From: Macrostomum lignano
Taxonomy: Eukaryota
Reading direction: 5' to 3'
DNA length: 64,000 nt
Assembly (NCBI GenBank): GCA_002269645.1
Contig: NIVC01002414.1
Coordinates: 74,938 to 138,937, forward strand
Position numbers and translations under genes: made by a program. Below the pieces are notes generated by a model that was not told the DNA's origin, searched no databases, and saw nothing but the letters and a program-made list of their open reading frames with translations. Shown in pieces: positions 12,551 through 23,119 of this stretch. The number at the start of each line of letters is the position of its first letter. Position 1 is the first letter of the stretch.

Positions 12551-14811
12551 CACGAACTGTACGATTACAATACGACTATGGCTAGACCAGCTTATCCACA
12601 GCACAGCCAGTATCAGCCGCAGAGTCATTATCTGCATCAGAATCAGCATCAGAATCAGCAGCAGCATCAGCAACCTCCGCAACTGCTGCAGCAGCAGCAA
12701 CAGCAGCAGCAGTGCGGCGACGAATGCAGCTCAACGAGTCCAATCAGTCTGAGCGAACTCTCAGTTGGCTGTCTTACCAGCCTCTCGCAGGCCTCTGGGC
12801 CCTCCGTTGAGCTCGAGTATCCGGCAGCTTACATCTCCGATGATGGTATCGCTCACCTTCGACTCAATAAGCATATCGCACTGGAGGTGTCAGACTATGC
12901 TATTCGGATTATCAACAACCGGAACAATTCGGCTCTGGCTGTGAGCAGCGCCGCCTCCATTGGCTCGCTGTATCATTACAATTGTCGGGGCTGGTTCGAC
13001 ACCGGAGCTCAACGAGTTGCTCTGGCATTCGACCGCGACTGCGAACTCATGCTCCGGGCGCCTAACCGGCCTTCGGTGGTGCGCAAAGGTCGCGAGTATT
13101 ATCGGGTGACTCAATCGGGCATCAACTGCGCCAAAGAGGAAACCATCTACATCGCGCACGAGGATCTCACCCATCAGCGTCTGTTCCGACGGAATAGCGA
13201 CGAGAATTTTCCATTACAGGTGCAGGAAATGGTTAAGGGTTCCAAGGTGTGTCGCGACGCCAGCGGAGCAATTAATCGTGAGTAATCTTCTTTCTTACAG
13301 TAGCTTCATGCATAACTATTCTATGGCGTCATGAACAACCAAAACTACATTTTATCAGTCGACTTGTGCTCCGTTCGAGCTGAACTCCAAGCAACTGGCG
13401 AGCTCAGAGTTTGGTGGACAGGACCGGACCGTTTCGTCAATCAAATGATTGTGTCGCCAACGTCTGGTGCGTTCACGCTGATTACTAATTCGTTAGAGAT
13501 TGTTAATACGCCAAAGTGCGAGGTCACCGTAAAATTCGGCTGCGTCTCCATTCTACTCGGGTGAGATTTGGGGTTTGGAGGTTTTTAAGCACCGATAGCC
13601 ATGGGGTGTTTAGTCTTGGAGTTTTATTAGGCACTAATAAGCAATGGGGTGTTGGCTTGGGGCTTAGAGTTTTATTAGGCACTGATAAGCAATGGGGTGT
13701 TGGCTTGGGGCTTGGAGTTTTATTAGGCACTGATAAGCAATGGGGTGTTGGGGCTTGGAGTTTTATTAGGCACCAATAGCAATGGGTGTTGGGGCTTGGA
13801 GTTTTATTAGGCACCAATAGCAATGGGGTGTTGGGGCTTGGAGTTTTATTAGGCACCAATAGCAATGGGTGTTGGGGCTTGGAGTTTTATTAGGCACCAA
13901 TAGCAATGGGGTGTTGGGGCTTGGAGTTTTATTAGGCACCAATAGCAATGGGTGTTGGGGCTTGGAGTTTTATTAGGCACCAATAGCAATGGGGTGTTGG
14001 GGCTTGGAGTTTTATTAGGCACCAATAGCAATGGGTGTTGGGGCTTGGAGTTTTATTAGGCACCAATAGCAATGGGGTGTTGGGGCTTGGAGTTTTATTA
14101 GGCACCAATAGCAATGGGTGTTGGGGCTTGGAGTTTTATTGACACTGCAAGCCATAGTGTGGTTATTTATAGGGGCGCTATGAAGTAAAATTGAATTTAT
14201 TTCTTATACATTAGACTGCGCCAACTACAAATGTCAAATGGCGTGAAGAACTGCCTGCTAGACCTCTATCCAATGGACGTTTTCGGCTGGAGCTGCCTCC
14301 CTCCAGATTATTACACAATGGCTAACGCCTGTCTTCCCCAGCATCATCAGCAGCAGTTGCATCAGCAGCATCATCATTCGTCGGTTGGCAAGCAGCAACA
14401 CCACCAGCATCAGTATCATTATCCGCATCATCAGCACCAGCAGCATCACCAGGTGCAAGACCATTTTTAGCTTTCACGGGGATTTGTCTTAAATTTTGTC
14501 TCGAAAATCTGATTAACTAATCCAACTGACTAAATCACCTTTGCCAACAGTACCAGCTTAGCAATCCGAGTGGCTATTCCACCTACGACGATGGTGAGGA
14601 CGACGCGCCAGCTTGGTTTATCAGGCAGCAGCAGGCGAGGCGGTTTGAGCAGCACCACCGATCTCAGCAGCAGCAACAGCAGCAACAGCAGCAACAACAA
14701 CTTGAAGCAGCAAGTCTCGACGACGCCAAGACTGCTACCATGACAACAGCAACGGCTACATGCGAGTCAGCCGACGACAACGACGAGGAAGCAACGTCGG
14801 AGCTCTGCTGA
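12023..14811 (+). CDS. polyQ/polyA-rich uncharacterised protein, 4 exons, ~651 aa, with a central globular beta-rich region
   Basis: Exons 12023-13277, 13359-13560, 14215-14452 and 14551-14811 have GT..AG junctions with consistent phases (1, 2, 0). The total is 1956 nt ending in TGA. CAG and GCC/GCA codon runs and high coding-like GC support it. Confidence 0.8.
13600..14140. repeat. 41/42-bp intronic minisatellite with an 83-bp dimer period
   Basis: Unit GTTTTATTAGGCACCAATAGCAATGGG(G)TGTTGGGGCTTGGA, alternating GGG and GGGG. Identical minus-strand ORFs at an 83-bp offset confirm the period. Confidence 0.95.
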
Positions 14812-15074
14812 CCGCCGACTTGCCGCGCTGGTGGACGCGAAGGTAAAATAAACGCGCACAAATAGAACGAACCGCTCGATTCTTGTCATCTGATTTTTTA
14901 GTATTATTGAAATTGATTGACTGAACCGGACTGGTTGATTTTAAACGCTGATTGAATCCGACGATTTAAGAGGGACAGATGAGAGATCTGGCTTAGCAAT
15001 GAAATGCGTAGTGCCATTTCACTGACTTGCCGTTTCCTTAAACTCCATCACTCATAATTCAATCCTCACCCTCT

Positions 15075-15730
15075 CTCCGCCCCTGACTCTTCTCTATCTC
15101 CGCCCCTGACTCCTCTTTTCTCTCCGCCCCTGGCTCCTCTTGATCTCCGCCCCTGACTCCTCTTTTCTCTCCGCCCCTGGCTCCTCTTGATCTCCGCCCC
15201 TGACTCCTCTTTTCTCTCCGCCCCTGAATCCTCTCTATCTCCGCCTCTGACTCCTCTCTATCTCCGCCTCTGACTCCTCTCTATCTCCGCCTCTGACTCC
15301 CCTTTTCGCTCCGCCCCTGACTCCTCTCTATCTCCGCCTCTGACTCCTCTCTATCTCCGCCTCTGACTCCCCTTTTCGCTCCGCCCCTGACTCCTCTCTA
15401 TCTCCGCCCTGACTCCTCTCTCTCTCCGCCTCTGACTCCTTTATACCTCCGCCCCTGACTCCTCTCTATCTCCGCCTCTGACTCCCCTTTTCGCTCCGCC
15501 CCTGACTCCTCTCTATCTCCGCCCTGACTCCTCTCTATCTCCGCCCCTGACTCCTCTCTATCTCTGCCCCTGACTCCTTTTTCTCCGCTCCTTATCTCTC
15601 TCACTATCCGCCCCTTATCCTATTCACTATCAGCCCCTTATCCCTCTCACTATCCGCTCCTTATCCCTCTCACTATCCGCCCCTTATCCTATTCACTATC
15701 CGCCCCTTACCCCTCTCACTATCCGCCCTT
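15075..15730. repeat. ~23-bp pyrimidine-rich tandem repeats (two adjacent unit types) containing CCGCCC
   Basis: CTCCGCCCCTGACTCCTCTCTAT repeats, then CACTATCCGCCCCTTATCCCTCT repeats from about 15600. Confidence 0.9.
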
Positions 15731-17039
15731 TCAACAGCAAATATCTTTGTAAGCAGTTGGTAGAAAAATTAATTGCAAACTCTTTCAATTGCCTCTGGTC
15801 GGGCTGTCCATTGCTCACAAAATGCCTATTTGTTAGAACAAAGTGCTTTAATATTTGTTTACATATCAAAATGTGTGCCCACTGTAAATTCATACCCAGT
15901 ACAAGTACTTATGAGTGACAGCTCTCTCCCCGATGCTAAATATTTAATCTGTCTGTGATTTTAATTAGCAAGTACATACCTACACGTATTTGCGAGCTAG
16001 AAGTTTGTGCGAATTCAATTATAAATATAATGATTGTTTCTATTATGGTTAAATAGCCGCGTCTTTGACCTTCTAGTGTCCTTGTTTCGATAAAAGATTA
16101 CGATGTACTTTGAGATTAGACTGGGTTGCTAATCTAGCCAATAACTCTCTAGAAATGAAAAATATCTTAACACACTTGTTTATCTTCAACAGTTCAAATT
16201 ATCAACGATGATTGCAGCAGTAATCACAACGCGATAGAAAATTTTCGAATTTGAACTTTTAGATTATAACAAAATTTAAATGATCGTTTTCACATAATTC
16301 ATAATCACAATTCAGCGAAGTTTACTACGCTCATGGAAGGATGGAAGTGTCATTTTGAATTTTTGCTTCGAACTAACAAATCGCCATTAAAATATTCGAG
16401 CTTGCATTTTAGATAAACGAAAATAATGTCCTTTTTGAATAGACAGTATCTCTGATTGAGCTTTTTAACAAATTATTAAACACTTTAAAAGAGAATATCA
16501 TATTTAAAAAGTTAATATTCTCGTCATCAAATAAAACAATCAATTAATCTATCCAGCATCGTGGCCACTCGTTCAAGTGGACGCAAACGGGGCATGTTAT
16601 AACAAAAAATGTTATTATAATCTTTGTTAAAATCGATAATAAGAATGAATTAAGAAATTACACGACAGAAAATATTTACTCTGTACTCGCATAATAAGTT
16701 AATTGACTAAAACACACAAGCTAGCATGAACAAAATCTTTGAGTTTTGCTAAGATTTGCTACTAAAACAGTAGTAAGTAGCGAGTATGACTAATTATGAA
16801 TATGGATAGCTGAATTTGTGGCGGCGCCTAAATGTGTTTAAATGGAAGCTGCTGTGTAATGTGTAGCAAACAGCAACAGTATATAGATGTAATAATCCGT
16901 ATAAATAGGCAGAATTAGCATTGAATCCGATATTATTTTTCAAATTTGCAAATTTACATGGCTGACTCTTATCGAGCAATGTGCTGCGAACAGAGAGACA
17001 TGCTGACATTGGAATTGTGCGCACATGCAGATGTGAATA

Positions 17040-17825
17040 TCCTATCTATCCCATCTATATCCCATTTATCCCATCTATATCCCATTTATCCCATCTATAT
17101 CCCATTTATCACATCTATATCCCATTTATCACATCTATATCTAATTTATCACATCTACAACCCATTTATCACATCTATATCCCATTTATCACATCTATAT
17201 CCCCTTTATCACATCTATATCCCATTTACCACATCTATATCCCGTCTATCTTATCAATTTAATCTATCAATCCCAATTTTCCCATCTATCCCATCTATCC
17301 CATTTATCTTATGTATCCCATCTATCCCACCTATCCAATATACCCATCTATCCCATTTATCTTATGTATCCCATCTATATCCCATCTATATCACCTATCC
17401 CACCTATCCAATATATCCCATCTATCCAATCTATCCCATCATCTATCCCATCTATCCCATTTATCCCAACTATCCCATCTATTCCCTTTATCCCATTTAT
17501 CCCATTTATTCCATTTATCCCACTTATCCCATTTATCCCATTTATCCCATTAATCCCAACTATTCTATACCCCATTTATCCCATCTATTGCATTTATCCC
17601 ATCTATTGCATTTATCCCATCTATCCCATTTATCCCACCTATCCCACCTATCCAATGTATCCCATCTATCCAATCTATCCCATCATCTATCCCATCTATC
17701 CCATTTATCCCATCTATCCCATCTATCCCATTTATCCCATCTATCCCATTTATTCCAACTATTTTATCTATCCCATCTATCCCACCTACGAAGGATATCC
17801 CATCTATCCCATCTATCCCATCTAT
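17040..17825. repeat. degenerate 9-10-bp (TATCCCATC/T)n repeat
   Basis: TATCCCATC and TATCCCATT units, just 3' of the mAChR stop codon. Confidence 0.92.
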
Positions 17826-17930
17826 TGTTTGGGAATTTAACAATCAAAACTGATTATGCAGACAATATTTAAAAAAATATCCAATTGACTGACAGGGGTT
17901 GGTGAGGGCTTCACAAGTCTCAGGACGCGG

Positions 17931-20402
17931 TTATCTACGTCGAAGATCCAGCCGAAAGATTCTAAGGAAGGTCTTCTTAAACTGAGCGTTAGCCAAGGCG
18001 TAGCAGAACGGATTGATGGGGCTGTTCATGTAGCACAGCCAGTAGCCCAGGTTGTACAGATGAGGATTGAGGCAGGTGCCTTTGCAGATGCTCCTGATGA
18101 GAATGAACACGTGGTAGGGCGTCCAGCAGGCCACGAAGGCGCCGAGGATCAAACTGATTGTCTTCAATGCCTTCCGGGCTCGATTCTCCGTTCGCGACTG
18201 TTTCTTGGCCAGCTTCAGCGTCTTGCCAGCGGCTCGGCTGCCCACCTGGCGTCGGATGCGACGAGTTGCGTCGCGAAGATACCGCGTGACTTGTGACACC
18301 GCGGCCACCCGACGGCTGGCTGAGGTTCGAGCCCGGGGTGCCTCCTCATCTGTCTGATCCAAGATGGTGAGCTCGCAGCTGTTCCCGCTGGCTGGCAGCT
18401 CCACTACCGAAGTCACAATCCGATCGGTCAGGAACGCATCCTCCGTGGTGGCCGTTGGTGTCGCTGCCGCGGTTGTTTTCGTTGTCTCGGAGTTTCTCCG
18501 ACAATCGGACGATCGCTGGAAGGACGTTCGACGTTTCCACACCGGCGAAGAGCCGCCGCGACCGCCCTCCCGTTCACCCGAGTTGAGCTGCTGACGCCAC
18601 CAACGCTTAGGCAGCAGCTCCACCAGAAGGCGCATCGAGTCGATTGACGGATTTGACCGGATGCTGTCCTCGTCGATGTAGCGCAGGCCTTCAAACTGGT
18701 CAGACGGGGCGCAGAGCGAGTACGGCGGCGGCGGCTGCTGTTGCTGCTGCTGCTGTTTCTGCTGTTGTCCGCCCTGACTGTCATCTGGTAGCATCTGGTG
18801 CACTGGCACAGCAAAGTGCACCATAGCCAGGCTGCCATTGACGTCTAGGGCCGGGTTCTCGTAGCTCAGTCCGCTGGCTGTGTGGTAGTCTGAGTCACTG
18901 GATGCGTTCATTGGCAACGCCCTGCGCTGTTGCTGTTGTTGCGGCTGCTGCTGCTGCTGCTGGTCTCCATGAAGCTGCTTAGACACCTGCGGTGGAGGCG
19001 GCAGAGGCGGAAGCGGCGGCGGCGGTGTCTCCACTAGCACCGGGCTCTGGATCGCCGAGAGCGGCGGCGCTGTCCTTCCAGTTTTTGCCTGTTGCTGCTT
19101 CTGATAATGATGATGTTGCTGTTGTTGCTGCTTCTTCTGCTTTCGGTGCTGCTTCTGATTGTTCGAAGCCTGGGCCGCGTCTTGGCCGTTGTCCGAGTCG
19201 GAAGGCAGCACCGGGGAGCTCGACCGGTCCTCGTCGCCCGAACTGTTAACGCCTCGGCCAGCGCCGGCGCCTCGCTGCTGCCGCTGCCTCAGCTGCTGCT
19301 GCTGCTGCTGGTGCAGCTTCTTGCGCTCCCGTTTCGACATCTTCCTGTCGCTGCCGGAGAAGCCCGTAGCGCCGGTCGCTTCATCTTTTCTGCTCGACAC
19401 TGCCGCCTTCCGATTTGACGGCATCAACGGATCGTGCGGGCCGCCGTCGTCCCCGACGTCGCCGCCACCGACGCCTGCGTGTCCACCGGTGGCACCGGAG
19501 GTTGCTGCCGACTCGGACGCGGCTGGCCGACCCGCTGCTCCGCCGGCACCGCCACCTCCGCCTCTGCCGCCGTTGCCTCCAGCGCCGCCGCCTCCAGTGG
19601 AGGACAAATTAATCAAATTGTTCACCTTCTGGCGTTTGGCCTCGGACTTTCTGGCCAGCTGGAGCGCTACGCGGTAGATGCCGATGTACAGCCCGATCAT
19701 CACGGCCAGGGTCACCCAGAAGTAGCAGATGGTCAGCACAGTGTTGTACACAGGATCCTCCGAGAACTCGGCGAAGCACTCGTTGTCGTTCCGTTGGCTG
19801 CTGGCAACATACGGCCAGGCAAAAATCGGCGGCACAAAGAGCAGAGCGGGCAGGACCCAAGTGGCCGCCACCATGACTTGCACCTTTCGCTCTGTTCTCC
19901 ATTTTCTATACTTGGCGGGTATTTTCACCGAGCAGAATCGGTCAACCGTGATGCAGAACACTGTGTACTGCGAGGTCAGACAGGCCGTGTAGTCCAGAGA
20001 CAGCCACAGGTCGCAGACAATTCTGCCTAGTGGCCACTGGCCCAGCAACAGGTACAGAGTGTACAGGTTCATGCTGAACATGCCAATTAATAAGTCTGTA
20101 ATTGCCAACGACGCAATAAAATAATTTGTTGCGCTGCGAAGCTGGCGTTCAACGAAGAATGCCGTTACCACTAGAAGGTTTCCAACAACGGTAACGAAAC
20201 TGGCGATAGAGGCTAGCAGGCCCAGAAGTACCATGACAGGTGGAGAATAGTCCGGCTCTCTGGCAGCTCCGGGAGAAGCGATAGTCGTGTTGTTTGCCAT
20301 CGTAGTTGACATTATCGTTGCTGTTGTTGTCATTGTTGTTGCTGTTGTTGCGGCTTCGCTAAACGCCAAGTCGATGGCTAGTTTAGCTAATTGCGCTGTC
20401 AT
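17931..20402 (-). CDS. mAChR-B: intronless muscarinic acetylcholine receptor, B-type/GAR-1/2-like GPCR, 823 aa
   Basis: Seven TM segments: GNLLV (TM1), LAITDLLIG (TM2), CDLWLSLDYTAC with Asp3.32, DRF, a very long ICL3, ENRARKALKTISLILGAFVACWTPYH (TM6) and NSPINPFCY (TM7). His in place of Asn6.52 fits the invertebrate B-type as I recall it. Confidence 0.92.
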   Translation of the reverse strand: MTAQLAKLAIDLAFSEAATTATTMTTTATIMSTTMANNTTIASPGAAREPDYSPPVMVLLGLLASIASFVTVVGNLLVVTAFFVERQLRSATNYFIASLAITDLLIGMFSMNLYTLYLLLGQWPLGRIVCDLWLSLDYTACLTSQYTVFCITVDRFCSVKIPAKYRKWRTERKVQVMVAATWVLPALLFVPPIFAWPYVASSQRNDNECFAEFSEDPVYNTVLTICYFWVTLAVMIGLYIGIYRVALQLARKSEAKRQKVNNLINLSSTGGGGAGGNGGRGGGGGAGGAAGRPAASESAATSGATGGHAGVGGGDVGDDGGPHDPLMPSNRKAAVSSRKDEATGATGFSGSDRKMSKRERKKLHQQQQQQLRQRQQRGAGAGRGVNSSGDEDRSSSPVLPSDSDNGQDAAQASNNQKQHRKQKKQQQQQHHHYQKQQQAKTGRTAPPLSAIQSPVLVETPPPPLPPLPPPPQVSKQLHGDQQQQQQPQQQQQRRALPMNASSDSDYHTASGLSYENPALDVNGSLAMVHFAVPVHQMLPDDSQGGQQQKQQQQQQQPPPPYSLCAPSDQFEGLRYIDEDSIRSNPSIDSMRLLVELLPKRWWRQQLNSGEREGGRGGSSPVWKRRTSFQRSSDCRRNSETTKTTAAATPTATTEDAFLTDRIVTSVVELPASGNSCELTILDQTDEEAPRARTSASRRVAAVSQVTRYLRDATRRIRRQVGSRAAGKTLKLAKKQSRTENRARKALKTISLILGAFVACWTPYHVFILIRSICKGTCLNPHLYNLGYWLCYMNSPINPFCYALANAQFKKTFLRIFRLDLRRR

Positions 20403-20594
20403 GTTGGCTGCTGTGCTGTTAGCTTGTTGTTGAAGTGTCGTTTCGAGTTTTAACTCTGCGGGTTCGCGGAGTTTGAGTTGATTGAAGATGCCCGAGCTTG
20501 GGCCTGTGCTTCCAGACCTTGATACGGCTCACTAATTAGAGCAGGAGTTGGTAAACTATTTTTTTAACTTAAGGGCCAGACGTAGAATCTAGGG

Positions 20595-21160
20595 TAAGAA
20601 GAGAGGAGAAAGGAGAGAAGAGGGGAGAGCGAAGGAGAGAGAGGAGAGAGAGGGAGAGAAGGAGAGAGGAGGGGAGAAGGAGAGAGGAGGGGAGAAGGAG
20701 AGAGGAGGGGAGAGGGAGAGAGGAGGGGAGAAGGAGAGAGGAGAGAGGAGGGTAGAGAGGAGAGTGGAGAGAGAAGGGGAGAGAGGAGAGAAGGGATAGT
20801 AGGAGAGATGGGAGAGGAGGGAGAGAGGAGAGAGGAAGGGAGATAGGAGAGAGGAGGGGAGAGAAGAGAGAGGAGGGGAGAGGAGGGGAGAGAAGAGAGA
20901 GGAGGGGAAAGGAGGGGAGAGAGGAGAGAGGAAGGGAGAGAGGAGAGAGGAGGAGAGAGGAGAGGGGAGGAGAGAAGAGAGGAGGGTGAGAAGAGAGAGG
21001 AGGGGAGAGGAGGGGAGAGAGGAGAGATGAAGGGAGAGAGGAGAGGAGGGGAGAGGGGAGAGGAGGGGAGAGGAGGGGAGAGAGGAGAGATGAAGGAGAG
21101 AGGAGAGGAGGGAGAGGGGAGAGGAGGGGAGAGGGGAAGCGAGAAAGGAGAGCTGAGAAG
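20595..21160. repeat. pure-purine (GA/GGA/GAGGG) low-complexity tract
   Basis: About 560 bp almost entirely A/G, upstream of the mAChR start. Confidence 0.95.
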
Positions 21161-22209
21161 AGACACAAACCCTGAGCGGGCCGGATTGCTATTGTGAAGT
21201 TTCAAAGCACCGAGAGCCGGATAGAGAGGCTTCGCGGGCCGGAGTTGGCCGACTCTTAAATTAGAAGGACGTTATGCGCTTACAAGAGCATTTATTATTT
21301 ACATTCATAGTGTAAATCATAGTGTAGATCATTGTGTAGATCAATATGTAAATTACAAGTAGCCATGAAATTCTGGTGTGGTCAAAGTACTACTAAAGTC
21401 AGATTGTTAAGTTGCATTCTGATAGCTCATACTGACTATTTTTTATACAATCTTTAGCTACTCAAACGTCCTACCCTACTCAGCAGTAGCATTAATAATA
21501 TTAAGTAATATATCACCAAATTTTGCAAACCAAAAAACGGCAAAATTTTCAGCTATAAATAATTCCAGTAGACAGCATCGAGGTCTGCATACGGAAGCCC
21601 CTGATTGATCCCCCCATTTTCCCTCTGAAAAGAGAAAAATGGAAGAGCACTTTGTTTAATTAAAACAGTATTTTTTTCGACTGGCATTTACATTCAGTCG
21701 GACAGTCAATGCTCCACATTGAATATTGTGGCGCAGGAATGGCCCAATTTAGTTCGTGCGTCTGCATTCGGAGAGAGATTTACAGCATGCACCGTTGTTT
21801 ATTTTATTGGCGTATTCAGGGCTAGAGGCTTGTGTCTAACGACATGATGGATGCTTACTAATGTATGGGGGGAGTGGGATCAGGGATAGCTAACTGCAAG
21901 AGCACAGGTGTACAAGCTTGTTTGTGCAGAATCAGATAAAACAAAATCTATAATAGCTAACTGATTATCAAATTTTCGTTTTCAAAAAAAATAATTGTTT
22001 TAAAGTACTTGTTGCCCTATTGTTCACAAGCTTAAAAGTGAGTTGGAATGCTAGTTTAGTTAAAGGCAACCAGCACTATAGGCGACATTGTCACCAAACT
22101 TCGAGATTTATTAATGCCCATTCCGCCGACTCCCCTGAGCAGGCACACAAGCGCGCGGATATGTACGCAGTCATACGCACAGGCACACACTCACACAGAA
22201 GTGTAAGTC

Positions 22210-22475
22210 CATAGAGGCTTCAAAATATCAAAATCTCAAAATCTCACCTGACCAGAGTGAGCTGGAGGCTTCAAAATCTCAAAATCTCAAAATCTCACCT
22301 CTGACCAGAGTGAGATAGAGGCTTCAAAATCTTAAAATCTCAAAATCTCACCTGAACAGAGGGAGATGGAGGCTTCAAAATCTCAAAATCTCAAAGTCTC
22401 ACCTGACCAGAGTGAGGTAGAGGCTTCAAAATCTTAAAATCTCAAAATCTCACCTGACCAGAGTGAGATGGAGGC
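22210..22475. repeat. ~50-bp tandem repeat (5 copies) with internal AAAATCTC triplication
   Basis: AGAGGCTTCAAAATCTCAAAATCTCAAAATCTCACCTGACCAGAGTGAG.. Confidence 0.9.
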
Positions 22476-23119
22476 TATAAGTCTCATCATGAAGCAGCAG
22501 AAAATGATCTTTTAATCCAAGTCGCTGATGACATGACAGCAAAGGCAGCCGCAAAAATTCTGAGTCCTCCTGGCCGACCTCCCTAATTAGCTCAACCGAA
22601 GCCTTAGCAACTCGACCATTGGCTTGAAACATCTCTTCATTTCCCTCTCTACCAGCAGGTGATACGAAAGCCACTTGAAAAAATGCTAATTAAAACTCTT
22701 TGAGTCAGCTCTTTCGAAATTGAGGAGGGCGACTCGTGTTGAACTCTTTGACAGCTGAATTCGGTTAAGCGATTAATTATTATTTTAAATTGGAAAGTTC
22801 TGTCAACCAGTCTGTCTGTCTGTCTGTCTGTCTGTCAATTTCGCTGATGAAATTATGGCCAATATTAAATTGCTTCAACTAAGAGGATTAATTCACTTTT
22901 TCTAAAACCAGAAAAATGAATTGAAAATGTTTTGTATAGATGCACTCAGCGTTATGAAATCTCATAATTGTGTTTTCAAATGAAACCGCTAAATTTGGTT
23001 TTGGCTGGCTTGTGGCGCCCTTGTCTGTGAGCTGCAGTGCGCCGTGTCACACTAAATATAGCTCCACACATGCAATGAAACGTTCTTCTCTGTTTCACAT
23101 ACTTCACTTCATTCACGCT

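Noticed and set aside
18060-20030. Multiple ORFs overlapping the mAChR gene in other frames and strands
   Set aside because: They are shadows of a GC-rich, repeat-codon CDS with no independent features.
22450-22674. 74-aa minus-strand ORF preceded by a TTTTTTCAAG acceptor-like site
   Set aside because: No recognisable homology or partner exons, and it runs into a tandem repeat.
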